The notes under the pieces are model-generated. The model had not been told where the DNA came from. It did no database searches and saw only the letters and a program-made list of their open reading frames with translations. A stretch of 56,163 nucleotides of DNA, the filler included, from Sphacelaria rigidula (lineage: Eukaryota): the NCBI GenBank assembly GCA_964200075.2. It is 7 parts of 7 records of this genome, joined end to end, with 100 filler letters (N's around TTAATTAATTAA, not from the genome) between each part and the next. Parts side by side here need not be neighbours in the genome. Positions count along the whole stretch, not along the records: positions 32,153 to 40,089 come from CAXNAA020012916.1; positions 40,190 to 48,126 come from CAXNAA020012917.1; positions 48,227 to 56,163 come from CAXNAA020012918.1; 4 more parts are not named here. One strand, 5' to 3'. Made by a program: the position numbers and the translations under genes. Below are positions 36,021 to 49,100 of the stretch, one piece after another; position 1 is the first letter of the stretch; the number at the start of each line of letters is the position of its first letter.

Positions 36021-36724
36021 CTGCCGAGCGCCATAGGTTCGGGGTAGTTTCGTTGTTTAGCCAGAGAAAAACGAGATAGAGACAAGAAGAGCAAAATAAG
36101 AGAAAGGGAAGGGGAAAGGGAAACGGAAAGGATACGTTTTCGTCCCCGAATACGCCATTATCCAGAGGTAGTATAGATACAGGCCACGCTCCACGGTAAT
36201 AACGCAAGTAAGTGGTAGTACACCACATGATCCTGTGAGGTAGGTTCAGGACCCGCAGTCGTAAGCTTCATCGTTGGTGGTCTTATTCCATTTGGTTTTC
36301 GTCTATACTAGGTTACTAATTGATTGACTAGTTGGTTGATTGACTCTTGCACATCAACGTTGAATGATCCCGACGACCGTCCTGACAGTAAGATATATAC
36401 ATACATACAGTACGTACCCAAGGTGAATAAAGCAAAAACACTCATTTGCTCAAGGAACTTCGTCGAGAAAGGGAATATGCCACGGGGAAAAAAAACAGGA
36501 AACGATTATCAGAAAACAAATAAGGGAATTCATTAAACGACTGAAGAAAACCAAGAGAAACTAAAAGAAGCTGGGAAAAAAAAGCGAAGGACAGGCACGG
36601 GAACGAGCGGAGGGAAATGAGGACAGTGCCCATGTTGCCAAAATTGGGCGAAAATCTACCACCCGGGGATGATATTGATGGGGATGGTTTTTCACGTTGG
36701 GGTGCTGTTGAGCGACTTGTAGGG

Positions 36725-36983
36725 GAGGGATGCTACGGTAGGAGTGCACAAATATTGTCTGAGGTTAGCATTGTTAGGAGCCTTTTATCTCGTCCAAAAA
36801 ACGACCAATGAAATATGTAAGAGTATACGCCAGAATTACTGTCCTAATGTGCTAGGGATGTCCCGAATCAATTTGCGAACAGGGATGTCTTGACCCATAT
36901 TCTTGTGCATCCTAGAATGTTTAGGAACCCCCGAAGCAGACAAGATTTTGCGCAAAAAGTGCATCCCTACAGTAGCATTGCTC
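36725..36983. mobile_element. MITE family A copy, intronic
   Basis: TIRs GATGCTACGGTAGGAGTGCAC / GTGCATCCCTACAGTAGCATTGCTC; colinear with 14889-15147. Confidence 0.8.
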
Positions 36984-36995
36984 AGGGTGTAGTAC

Positions 36996-37075
36996 CTGTT
37001 GAGCCAAGGGGTGCAGGCGTAGAGGCAGAGGTAGCTTGACGGCAGCTTGAAGTGCTCGTACACCGCACGCTGAAT
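36996..37075 (-). CDS. ORC3: ORC3-like protein, exon (IQRAVYEHFKLPSSYLCLYACTPWLN)
   Basis: CAG acceptor, CAG/GTAC donor; EHF..P.S.LC matches the ORC3 EHFxxxPLSxL motif. Confidence 0.68.
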
Positions 37076-37199
37076 CTGTTGGCATGTTGGCGAGGACAGG
37101 AACATAGACGAACGCCCTGTATATATGAATGAAGACGTTGATTCATGAAAAAACATTGCTAGTATTTCTCACTTCGACGACGACGATGACGATGACGAT

Positions 37200-37240
<41 letters not shown>

Positions 37241-38101
37241 AAAAAGCGGCAATAATAAAAACAAAATAAATGAGCACACACATGAACTCATTCATTGATA
37301 AGTGATCAATGACTTGACTCATTTAGTCGAACGTCAACATCTAACCAACAAATGAAACAAACATTCCAGAGTTCGAACGAAAATAAGCAAAATGACAAAT
37401 TACGAAATATATCGATGGAATCATGCGCGTACAAATCTAAACCAACAGCACACGCACCAACGCATACGCAAAAAAAACAAAACAGATCCAAAACAGCATG
37501 AACGGAACAAAAAACACGGATACCACGCATACAATACTTAACTATCAAGTAATGGGCAAGCGTAATGGCCATTCCGGAACATTTTTGCGATAAAAAAATC
37601 AATTAACTTTGACAACCTGCCCCAGAAAAAAAACTCACCAAAATATTAAGCGGGCTGTAAAAATGGTGGGGGACTGGACATGACGTCAGCACAATGCAGC
37701 ACACATGCCCTATACATACAATTCATTGTGTGCTGAGGAATCATTCCATATGCACAGGAGTTCACAACCCTCACAAAATACTGTAGCACCAAGCCTCGCT
37801 ATGTGATGCGAGTCCTTCCGGTATTTCAGGAGTCACAACAGCTTGCGGGCGCTGCTGGGACAGAAAAGATGATCGTATCACCAGCTTTGTACAGTATGCG
37901 CTGCAGTAAATATTTCATCATGTATTTTGCTTCACTGCGCTGTAGGAGAATACACGAACCCCCGGGCGCACGCATTGTACTGTACGGTGCCTGTAGCATA
38001 TGTGTACCACTATGTTATGCTGTACTGTGTAGGCGACTCGATCCTGACCGCTGTAACAAAATTCCCATGAATAAATGTCAGTGCGGAAAACGTCTGTCAT
38101 G

Positions 38102-38261
38102 GACACTTTCTACGATAGCCCCTCCCAAAAAAGTGCATGTTCGCCGGGGGGGGGGGCGTACTCATTTGTTGCTTGCCTTAGTCGTTTGACCATTGACCAC
38201 GCATCCCTTTCGAGACGGAGCAAGGTTTGGGGGGGGGGGGGGGGGTATCGTAGAAAGTGTC
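38102..38261. mobile_element. Short MITE family B copy with a different interior
   Basis: TIRs GACACTTTCTACGATA / TATCGTAGAAAGTGTC, flanked by CATG on both sides; interior GGGCGTACTCATTTGTTGCTTGCCTTAG..TGACCATTGACC also occurs at 8039-8090, 42917-42970, 49950-50022, 56095-56151. Confidence 0.8.
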
Positions 38262-38864
38262 CATGGTGTCACAGTCGTTTCTCATTGCTGCGACTACTGC
38301 TGCTGCTGCTGCTGCTGTGGTTACAAGAGCGTGGCAGCCAACGTGTCCCGCTATGTGCGAAAGCACGTAATTAGGATGCCTAGTACAACAGCATCTGTGG
38401 CGGAAACAAAACCCCCGCCGTCCGCTAGTCCACTGGGATAGCGCTTGATTGCTTGATTGATTGTCGTAGATGAAGTGATCCCCACGAGATCCTGCCGCGG
38501 TCATTATCCACAACATGATTGTACCCTATCCGAGATAAAGGAAACGGAAGACGCTCGCTGAACAAAAAAAGACGTTGGGAATATAGACATGCATATATAC
38601 ATAAGACAAACGAGAGGAGTAAATTGAAGAACCATATAACAAAACAAACGAAACCAACAAATAAAAAAGAGCGATCGATACATGGGAAGTTCCCGGGCAA
38701 CCACGCATGGAAAACGCCATTTTTCTTTGGTTTCACTCTCTCCCCACGCTAAAATAAACAAATGAATACATCATCTCCTCTGTCTGCTCTCCCTCTGCCT
38801 GTTCTCTTCACTCTTCTTTACCGAGTGTTTCAGTTTTGTCTTGTCTCGGGTACGTACGTTCATT

Positions 38865-38935
38865 GTGTGACCGCGGCTGGATCATGACTCCTGAGGGGTC
38901 AGTTAGAGTGTGCGACAATCAATCAAATCAATCGG
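38865..38935 (+). mobile_element. 3' end of a non-LTR retroelement with (AATC)n tail; inverted copies at ~32590-32642, 40962-41028, 55208-55262
   Basis: GACC.CGGCTGGA...CAGTTA.AGTG.GACAATCAATC is shared among four sites. Confidence 0.6.
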
Positions 38936-39199
38936 AAAATAAGTAGCACATGAAAGACTCGGATGGATAAAAACTAGAGCGTGGCATAGACGAGTACTCT
39001 GACTCAACAAAAACTCACGTAAGGTGACGCAAGATCTTAACCGGCGTAGGCGTGGCTGCGTCCTTGTGAAAAAAACATAAAAGCAATACGGCAAACATCA
39101 GGTGAATAGGTGTACACATGGATGAATACCAAATATATAGATATGTGAACCCAGTAAAAACATTATTTCTCCACGTGATTGTTAACAAACAGAAGGCGC

Positions 39200-39459
39200 G
39201 ACACTTTCTACGATAGCCCCCCCCAAAAAACCAGCCCAAAAGTGTCACGAACAAAATGGCCATACAGCGCCTGATGTTTGGGGTCAGGCTGCATGAAGCG
39301 TCTCATACTGGCAACATTGGCTAGAACGAACCCAAGCGTGGGAATTCAATTCCCATCTGCTTGTTGTGCTCAGCTGTTCCCATTTCGATTTACGTGAAGA
39401 TTTTGCCTCCCAAAACCATGTTTTTTTTTTTTTGGGGGGGGGGCATCGTAAAAAGTGTC
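39200..39459. mobile_element. MITE family B copy
   Basis: TIRs GACACTTTCTACGATAGCCCCC / GGGGGCATCGTAAAAAGTGTC; colinear with 3237-3489. Confidence 0.8.
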
Positions 39460-39572
39460 AGCGGCAAACAAAAAAGGCAGCAGGCACGGCACACCAACAT
39501 TAGCATCAGAACATAGCGAGCATTATTGGAACATGACACCAACAAATATTCATAAGATGACGACACACCCAC

Positions 39573-39668
39573 CTCTCTGGAGAGCGTGGTGATGGAATTG
39601 TGAGACGTGTAGAATGACTTTTGCATCCATCCCACCACCTTTGCCCCCATCGCCACCGGCAGTCGACC
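39573..39668 (-). CDS. ORC3: ORC3-like protein, exon (GRLPVAMGAKVVGWMQKSFYTSHNSITTLSRE)
   Basis: TTCCAG acceptor, GAG/GTGGGT donor, phase 0-0; joined to the next exon it resembles the ORC3 segment PFxxxxKVxxxxxxxFxxxxxSxxxxxxxxxxxxxEHF. Confidence 0.68.
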
Positions 39669-39693
39669 CTGGAACAAATAAACATACATAATT

Positions 39694-39966
39694 GAGCAAT
39701 GCTACGGTAGGGGGTGCACTTTTTTCAGCGAAAACGTTTCTCGGGGCTGCTCGGGGTGTTGGACGGGTCATTTTGGAAATCGGCATCATTTTTACTTGAA
39801 AAAGACTGAAAATGATGCCGATTCACGAAAAGGCCCCTGCGTGCAAACACCATGTTTCTGGGACTTCGGTCCCCGGATATCTGGGTTGCACAGTAAACCC
39901 CATACATATTCGGGCTCCTACAAAAAAGAGACCTATAGACAACAAGTGCAACCCCTACCGTAGCAT
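39694..39966. mobile_element. MITE with family-A TIRs but an unrelated interior
   Basis: GAGCAATGCTACGGTAGGGGGTGCAC ... GTGCAACCCCTACCGTAGCAT; interior AAAATGATGCCGATTCAC also occurs at ~55561. Confidence 0.7.
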
Positions 39967-41649
39967 AATTGAATAATCAAATCAAGATGATGAAATTGTG
40001 GGAGTCGTGCATACGACGGACGAGCACGAGTGTCACTCGTGGCACTCGCACTCGTTGGGCCGCTCGTTGGCCGAAAAATGAATAGGGCGNNNNNNNNNNN
40101 NNNNNNNNNNNNNNNNNNNNNNNNNNNNNNNNNTTAATTAATTAANNNNNNNNNNNNNNNNNNNNNNNNNNNNNNNNNNNNNNNNNNNNACCTTTCCGAC
40201 TACTTTGCCACGTACTGGTGTACACACAAAGTAGTAACAACGAGTGAGCCGATAATCGAAACTTAACACGTACATCATGTATTTTCTACTGTTCGCATGT
40301 CCCACTGCCATATCGCCATTATGTAGGCAGACGTCGTTTAGCTCCTTACAACCACCTCGAGCAGTGGTGCTGAGCAGGGTAGATCATGTAACGTCATGTC
40401 AGTTGGTGTATGCAGCAGAGCGTGTGTTGCTTAAGCCCCCGGCCTGGGCACACAAGGCAGCGACGACTACCTGGCCACTCACATGTCGTGTTGAGCATGA
40501 AACACCGGGATATTTAGACCTTACAGTAGCCACCCTGACCCGATTGGTCACTCAATACAGAGTTCACTGCATTGAATCTAGGCTACTCTGACAGTGACAG
40601 CTAGTCAGCCAGTTTCTCGTGCAGCACCAACCGCACGAGACAAGGTCCTAGACAAGCTCACAGCGCCGACTGTGACTGGCAACAAAGCACCAAAGATACG
40701 TGTTCAGGCATCATGTATGAATTGCACATCGCTCAAGCAAGAGTATGGTACCAAACACTGTACTGCTTTGACGTACCCATCACACTGCAGACTCAGGCTG
40801 ACTCCACCGCCGACATGTGGAGGAGAAATCGGAAGCTCAGAAGACTCGATACGAGGATGAGTTGATGGCTGACCTCGATGGGGGTGAATCCCAAAAGATG
40901 AAATATAACAACACTCACGATCTCGGTCATGACCTACTTATCCGTTACCGGCTACTACCTTGATTGATTGATGGATTGATTGTCGCACTTTAACTGGCCC
41001 CCCAGGGGTCCAGCCGTGGTCTCATAATAAGCGTTCCCAAGAAAAACGAAACTGAAACACGCTCTGAGAAAAAAAGAAGGAACAGAAAAGAAAAAAAAAC
41101 GAGGCGTCGAACAAAACGACATAGCAGACTAAGTCGTGACGAAAAAAAAGTAATAAAGAAGCCACAACACTCTAAAGATTCGAATAACTTCAATGCAAGC
41201 ACGTGGGCATCCTGAATTATCTCTCCTAATCTTGGAAATGTTCATCGATTTGGGAATCAACCATCGCATAGCGTGTGCTCGTGATTCGCGTGAAGATAAA
41301 AGCCACCATGGCGACAATCTAGTCCACTTGAGCCCTCACCCTCCCAGCCCTCTCCCCCTCACCTCAATACCCCCTACTCGTTGTTCTGAGACCATCTCTT
41401 CCGGTGGGGTAATCTGGGCGAACAAAGCAATCTGGTGGTTTGATCACCTGCTGTTAGATCACTTGAGGCAATGTCATGAGGGAGGCGGGGGGGGGGGGGG
41501 GGGGGTTTGACCACGGGAACCGGCGGCGGGGCGGGATTTAATGACATATTTGCATTTGTTGGTTGGTTTTGGCNNNNNNNNNNGACCCTGTGTGGGGGGG
41601 GGGGGGATGGGGGGCGAAAAAGGTTGGGGTGTGGTTTTACCTCGTGTGT

Positions 41650-41698
<49 letters not shown>

Positions 41699-43005
41699 TT
41701 TGACCACATTACCCGGACTCATGTCTGATATTACTGCCATATTTTCATGATTGCGTTGCTTTGGACACGTTTTAAGACCAAAAGCCGCCGGAGGTGTCGA
41801 GTTTCCCGAGCGCAGCGATGAAGTGGCCAATATCCCGAAAATGACAGGCACTTTGATTATTTCCGATGACCGAAAGCGGTATCTAAGCGTGAGAACCCTC
41901 GGACATTCCTGCATTTTGATATCCCGCAGTAGGATTACAGCAGGATAACTGTTGTCTCTGTCAGCAGACACACCGTGCAACGCACAATACACACGACCCT
42001 GCCAGATGACCACAGAAACGCAAGAGAAATGGCAGTGATGGTGAGTGCAGTGCACCGCTGGGGATTGGGAAGCGAACCCCTTGTTCCGAGCAGTCGGAGA
42101 GGCCGTCACAGGTCACCGGGCGGGCAGCGCTTCGTGCGCAACATGAATCACAGGCAATGCTGCTGTAACAGCCAGTACGATGTAATGCTGAGACCGGTCT
42201 TCGCACCCGAAGGCCAACCGAACTGACTTGTAGTAATGTCGGCGCCGCCGTGTACTGTCACAGCTTTTGACATATGGGATAGATCGCCGCCAAAACAAGC
42301 CTTGCGTGCATGTAGTTGAGGAAGTGCTGGGCTCGTATACGTTGGGAGCTCCTGTGTGCATGTGGTCAGGCTGCGCGGGCACAGCATGGGACCACTATGA
42401 GTTTTGCTCACTATTTTGTGCGCACGCAAAAATCAACACCAATTTTGACATGCCAGCCGTTCCCCCATAGGAGGTACAGACTCCGTTGCCCTGAGCCAGC
42501 ACTCGAAATGTATCTTTTGGAGGGATTATCTTGACCGGGGAAACAGGAGAATCGAAATTCGAATGCGCACGTGATAAGCGCAAGTGGACTATACTACATG
42601 ACAAGTATATGTACCGTAACGGAACCTCGGAAACTACTCAACCAGTAATACCATTCCTTGATGAGGGCAAGTATTACTGGAAGGCTCCGGACCGAACAAT
42701 CTTAGGAGGATGCAGCTCACCCTTCATGCAACTCGCCGAACATATCACGGCACTTCGCGCGTGGTGATTGATTTCGAGCCTGGCCCGACGAAAACTCGGC
42801 GTGCTCCGTTCCGGCTTTGTAGGGATGCGAGGTCAACAATGGTCATGTGACTATGGTATGCAAGATCATGAGTATACCCTCCCCCACTTTCCCGGTGCTC
42901 CGGTTCTCCTTATGGGCTGCGTGGTCAATAGCCAAACGACTTAAGCAAGCAACATATGAGTACTCCCTCCCCCCATCTCCTCCCCCCGTTTTCTCTCTTT
43001 TGCAG

Positions 43006-43191
43006 GCTTGAGGAGTACCGGAGCCTTCGTGAGTTGGTGGAGTCTCTCCCGCAAGGGGCTTCTGCCCTTGCCGAGCTCGGTGCCCTGTTCGAATCGGTGG
43101 GGCTGGGGGAGGAAGCTGCGCAAGCACTAGTGAAGTTGGGGGATCCCACGGGGGCGATCGATGCTTGCGTCAGGCTCAACCACTGGGAAAG
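43006..43191 (+). CDS. WDR35: WD repeat protein 35 / IFT121 (IFT-A subunit), internal exon of the TPR-like region
   Basis: LEEYRSLRELVESLPQG...FESVGLGEEAAQALVKLGDPTGAIDACVRLNHWER matches the WDR35 C-terminal region; strong acceptor, AAG/GTGTG donor. Confidence 0.92.
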
Positions 43192-43591
43192 GTGTGTCTA
43201 TTGGCGATACGTACACACGAAGGACTACGATGGAGGGGGCCAGTACCCTGTTGGCCTGATTGTTCGAAGGTCGTAGGCACGTATGTACGTAAGTCCGGCG
43301 TACTGAGAAGTCCATCGTGGGTGCTACGAGACGAATTTCCCCGCTGACGGAGTAATATCCAATGATTATCGATACATATCGAAATTATCGCGAAGTGTGA
43401 TCGAAGGCTCCCACCTTTCGTTCTGGACTGGAGCACACGCCGCGTTTGACAGCAATTCATATTCAGAGCTCTCAATACAAATAGAGCTTCGGTCAAGACA
43501 GCAAAAAGTATGTATAATCTGGGTTGGCCAAGCGTGGGACACCTCGCGAAAAAACCGCCAGTGGCTCAAATAGTGCGCCGAAAAATTTCAG

Positions 43592-43764
43592 GGCGGTGGA
43601 ATTGGCGGAACGACACGATTTCCCGCAGATCGAAGCTTTGTTGGCACGACACACGAGCAAGCTTTTGCAAAAGGGAGATCCATTGCAGGCCGTGGAGGTG
43701 TACCGTTTGGCCGGGAAGGCGACTGACGCGGCCCTGCTGCTGGCCAAGCTAGCCGAGGATGCAG
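43592..43764 (+). CDS. WDR35: WDR35/IFT121, next exon
   Basis: AVELAERHDFPQIEALLARHTSKLLQKGDPLQAVEVYRLAGKATDAALLLAKLAEDA; phase consistent; CAG/GTAATC donor. Confidence 0.92.
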
Positions 43765-46700
43765 GTAATCGCCGTCCATAAGAGAAACAAACATGGTACA
43801 AAAAAAAAAGAGAAGAATGTGTTTGAAGGGCTTGACTTCACAAGGAAAACAGCCGTATAGCGTGCTCTGCGCAGCAGCTTACAGCACATATGCTGTATGC
43901 CAATGCCCGGCGATGTCGCCGACGAATGATGTGCTGGACATCTCACAAGAGTGGTATGATAGTTACCCAGTGTCTAGGACGAGTGACCTTGTGTAAATAT
44001 TGGCGATACCGATGGACAACGTGGTCCTATTATTGTCCGAGGAGTCGGGACCCCGGTGCCCCTATAGAGGCCGGGCTCCGCTCACCCCGGGACTGGACTC
44101 TTGAAACAAAATAACTCGAAAAAGCGCGATAAAAGGCCATCTGTTGGGCACCTCGTGAATGACGATAAACCTCAGATATCTGTCGAGTGCTCATAACCTC
44201 CGATGATAAACCTCGTTTTGTCGAAGTCTAGGGCGTGCCTCGCTGGGTTGAGTCCGCCTAGGATGTAGTAGTTGTTGCAAGGTCACGAACAAGCCGTCAC
44301 TCTCGGTGAATATAACCAAGCCCCCCGTCTTGCTGTACTGTAACGTTTGGAGAATTTGAAACTCAAGTTTCCGCTGAAGTGAACCATATTCGCCCAAACA
44401 ATTAATTTAATCAATTGTGTTCCATAAGGCATCAAAACTCCTGGCTGTACTCTTGAGATCGTTTTTTCTCGCTTCACCACCAATTAATGTCATGAGATGA
44501 GCATGAAAAGAAAAATCGTGACTCCAAGTGAAACGTTGTGAGTAATAGGGCCCATGAAGTGTCCGGCGGCATCTTAAACGGCAAGGATGGCAACGATACC
44601 ACAAATAAAATAAAATACTTTTCTCTTCTGCACTGGCATAAAATCAGGCTGCAAAAAGGCCGACCCCCTACGAGCGAAAAAACTCCACGTCCTCGCCGCC
44701 TTCGAAGTGGAGCGCCATCGAAAGCGTACCCTAGGGGGCGCAAGCATGCCCCGTCAGGTGGGTGGCTGTACCTTGCTCTCCTATACTCAGTAAGTTCGAT
44801 GGCTTGCTTTCGGATGACCATATCCATGAGGGCGCCGGAAAATGAGAAACACGCAAGGATATTCTGTGTGGCACTGTAGAAATAAAAAGGCATCGAGCGG
44901 TGTTAGGTTTTATTTATTAAAACTCGTATGTTACTGTAGTCAATGTTGATCTTCCGCGACTATTCTGTTCTGGGAGAGCTAGGGTCACTTCTGAAACAGT
45001 CCATGGCGTTATCGCGTAACATCCATCGAGAAAATAGAGCTGACTATCCATCTGACCCGTCCATCTCGAATTTCATATCTATCTTTGATGTGCACCCCAA
45101 CCTAGGATATCCCATGAAACGTCCATCTGGGACGTGGACATCCATCCGGAACATCCCTGTTAGACACGAGGTTAATTTGGGCCGTCCATCTGAGGCAAAG
45201 GCGTGACGTAGCGGCTTTCTCTTTTCCTTTCCCTATTTTGCCATGTCCTCTTTCGGTTACCATTGCGTCTGTCGAGTATGTATACGCTAGTATATATATG
45301 TATTCTTATGAATACGCTTTCCTAGTAACTCGTGGTTGTTGTACTGGCACGCCAATCCTCCTCATATTTTCCGCACGAATTATTTATGTCGGTGGTGAAC
45401 GTTTTCAGTGTGGGAAAATGCAACCTGCACCTCGCCACTGCAATGAGATACCCCCCACTGGAAGAGTTATCATCTTTGTGCATGGTTGCCCGGGATTCTG
45501 TCCCCTTTCGGCAGCAGTTCTGAACAAAAAGATTGATGTGATGGTAAAAACAAACTGCAATGGAGCAATCCACCAGGGATATCCATGTGAGGCATGCATA
45601 TTCGAATGGAATATCCGAGACCCCAAAACTACCGGGGACGACCATCAAGGCATACACGGTACAACTCAGTGCGTGCCAATCATGGATGCTTACCATACAA
45701 ACGCACACGAGATTGCTGAGCTCCACCGGCCCACGGTAACCCGAATGTACGCTATGCCGCACTCTACCTACGCTCACTATCCATAATTCATGCCCTTAAA
45801 GCGTACACTAGTTAGGAAATATAACCATTCGCTCAAGGTTTTGCCACGATTTTGGCCAGGGTTGCGAGCATGGCCGCTTTTGGGTTGAGTTGGGTCCTCA
45901 TCGTGGTCAGTGGGGTACCTAGCGACACAGTAGCAACGTATGTTTTGCATGGAGCTTGTGCGAAACCGCCCCAGTCTCCGGTAAAAAAGCGCACAAACTC
46001 CTTCCATGTCGAGCATTCTGACGGTAAACTTGGCGGTGTGATTCACGTCTGTTCTGGAAGAGCTCTGTTCAAGGCCTTGCACAAAAGTGGATGAAAGTAG
46101 TTGTTGTGCGGTTCTCGTGGATGAACGGATCATGCAAAAAGAATGCTCGAAATATCTCCGACCAGTACGGGGACATGGAGCTGCGAGTTTTCAAATTTCA
46201 CGGTACTTGGGTGCGTTTGATTCCGAGTATTTCACACCGAAGACTCAGTCGATCAATGAAGATGGAGGTGAAGTCATGCGTTGACTAGGCATTCACTTGC
46301 TGTTCTAGGGACCACCCCCTATCAATCATCATCATATACATTGCGTTCCTGTAGTCTAGCCAAGAGTGAGATATGATTTTCCGCGAATTTGAACGGTTGT
46401 GAAATTTTCAATGCTACGTTCGAAGGTTGGCACCGATAGTGGTGGTTGTTACAGTTCTTGCACCGAATTTTTATGTTTTTGAATGCATGTGATTAGCGAT
46501 AAGAGGGGGCTCAACTGCTTACATTCGCCTTGCCAACTGATGTTCTGCAACATATATATATATGTATGTATATATATGCGCGCGTACCTCAACCATATGT
46601 GTATGTATATTTACGTATGCATGCACCTTAACCGATGGTGAGTAGCCTCGTCAAAGCTTGATCAAGAAATGTTTTTGACGGTGCTACATAGGATCCATCT

Positions 46701-46789
46701 CTGGTCACCTGCGTCATGACAACGAATCTGCATCTGGAAAAATATCACTAGACATAACAAACTGGTCTTGGTAGGTGGAACTTTCAGGC

Positions 46790-47135
46790 GGGCGTCGAAT
46801 GCTTTGATGGGCGTCTTTTTCAGACGTTCCAGCCCCTGCCTGGTGGACATCCCAGAAAGGTCCAATGGCCCAGGCAGACATCTATGCCTCGCATCAACAC
46901 CCTCCCCGAATATATGCAAGGTCCCAGACGGGCATTGTAGATGGATGTCCATGTTCTAGACGAAGATCGATTTGCTCAATGAGCGTCAATGTCCCAGATG
47001 AATGTCCCAGATGCACCTGACGTCTCAGGGGGGGTATTTGCCTAGGACATGCCGGGTCCAGATGGCCCTTCCACATGGATTCGACATCTCAGATTGGCGT
47101 CCCAGATGGATATCCGTCGATATCCCAGATAAGCG
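46790..47135. repeat. Degenerate GTCCCAGATG/CATCTGGGAC-rich repeat; related patch at 45045-45195
   Basis: Recurrent TCCCAGATG, GGACATCC and GACGTC motifs. Confidence 0.7.
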
Positions 47136-48862
47136 TTGCTCGAACTCGCAGCAACGGAAAGTGAAAACTTGGGCTCTACACTTGATAGCGTGGCACTAGA
47201 AATTGCCGTTCGCGTACGTTTCCAAGTTCAGCATATACCGTGTTTTGTCGAGTACCCGCACCCGATACCACCTTGCCCACCACTTCAAGTACCTAGAGGT
47301 GGTTGCCCCGTGGTTATCTTGGGAACATTGTGCAGCCAAACCGAGTGTATTGAAGCGTTGCGTGAGTGATTTCCAGAGCTATTTTGATGTCCCGGATGTG
47401 TCAGAATCCCGCAGTAGAACGGAGCTGCCAGGAACGACCTGTATATTCTCTGTCAGGCATTCGGTATGCTTGCCCGCACGTGGCTTTTGCGTGGTGAACT
47501 CGAAGGTTAAATTGGGATGTAAGCCCCGCGCAGGAAATGACACTATTCACAATGATACTCCTTGATTGTTGTTGTTGTTCTTCTTGTCTTCACATTGAAA
47601 AACCGTTCCGATATTTGCGCGGTACATTCGTACTGGGCATCTGATGCGGACGCCTTCCGTGATCACAGGCTAGCAAAAAAACAAAATAGACCCAGATTAA
47701 AACTCACAAAACGTGATGCAAGCAAAAACAGGGATAAATAATAAAGAAGAAAGAGAATACATATGGCTAACCTCAGAAGATCCGGTGCCGCCGGTGGCCC
47801 TTCGGACTTCAGGAGGTGGTACCCGGCTTTCCAACTCGACGCGCGACGCCAAGTAGAAATTAACACAGGGTCCGACTATGGGCGAGACTCAAGGCCCCAA
47901 ATACCGCCAACCAAAAAACTCAGAATCGCAACTTTCCATATTTCGGCCTCTCGAGGGACAGCCATACGTACAAGCCTACCAGGTGTATCAAGAGAAGCAC
48001 TGCATAACATAACGACACCCCTCATCGGGGGGGTTCATCCCCCAACCCCCCCTTCTCTGGACCGTCGTCATTGCTGTGCTTTTTTTGCTTCGTTTGTTTC
48101 CCGTCTCATCGCCCGCAGTCGGCTGGNNNNNNNNNNNNNNNNNNNNNNNNNNNNNNNNNNNNNNNNNNNNTTAATTAATTAANNNNNNNNNNNNNNNNNN
48201 NNNNNNNNNNNNNNNNNNNNNNNNNNGCCGGACCAGGCTCGCAATCAATCACCAAGCGCAAAGCGCCCTGGTATGTCCAGCGAGTCGCATGAAGGGTGAG
48301 CTGCATCCTGCCAAGATCGTTCGGCCGGATGCGTACTGATAATCTTGCGTTTGGATGACAGTCTCCAATGAGTTGCCTCATTTTCTGGTATCGACACTTC
48401 CAGAGACAGCCACAGGTTACACTGCCTCATGGGTGTCTATCCCACAACGTAAACACTGTGCAGTACGATCATCCTCTTTGTGCGGAGTTGAGGTTTTCCC
48501 ACCCTACACGATATGATCAGACTCGACCACCATCATGGATACCGCAAAAAAAACGCGAGCGCACACAAAAAACGGTAACCTGGTTGCCTAGCTCACGCAG
48601 TGAGTGGCGTGTTTTACAGCGTCGTTGCCAACCGACGCCATCCCTCGAAGGGGGTGGGTTGGGAGGGGGCTGATGTGAGCACGACCTGCCCCGATTTCTT
48701 GCGAAACACATCCAAGGCTTGCCCCATCAACTATGAACGTTCAGCACGCGCAGCAGCAACGTTGTCGTTTGCCTGTCGGACAGTGTGCGCCATATTTATG
48801 CGAAGGCAATAAACCCATACATGGACCTTCACAAAACGTTCAACAGGGGCAATGTTATGTGT

Positions 48863-49100
48863 CTAGGGCCGAAGCTGACAAAGAGTAGGGCGGCTCGTGA
48901 ACTGAACCAAGGTGACAGGGGGTTTCAGTGGGTTCAACCCCCACATTGCCTTGAGGGAAGCTTTCCGAACGCTCCAGGCGCCTACCCCACATGACTGCCG
49001 TGAGACGGTCTCGCCGAGCCTCCGGGTAATCGGCAAACGAAGCCGCTTGCGGAGTGAATGTTGGGTAAGATGTCCTCCTTCCTTCAAGGAAAACAAAAAC
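48863..49100 (+). mobile_element. Retroposed structured RNA (SINE-like), copy 2
   Basis: Starts TAGGGCCGAAGCT like copy 1, has the same helices, ends TCCTCCTTCC..AAGG plus an A-rich tail. Confidence 0.7.

Noticed and set aside
41486-41700. Long G runs (also 7882-7928, 50614-50746) as G-quadruplex or poly-Pro coding signals
   Set aside because: Adjacent to N gaps or contig ends and typical of sequencing/assembly artefacts
45322-45777. Minus-strand ORF with HKD...GGYL...FP resembling a TET/JBP-type 2OG-Fe(II) dioxygenase
   Set aside because: Motif spacing is too compressed, there is no distal His and no splice support; would need an HMM hit
47203-47480. FKYL motif suggestive of a LINE reverse-transcriptase remnant (also 48230-48430)
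   Set aside because: Too short and degenerate to support by eye
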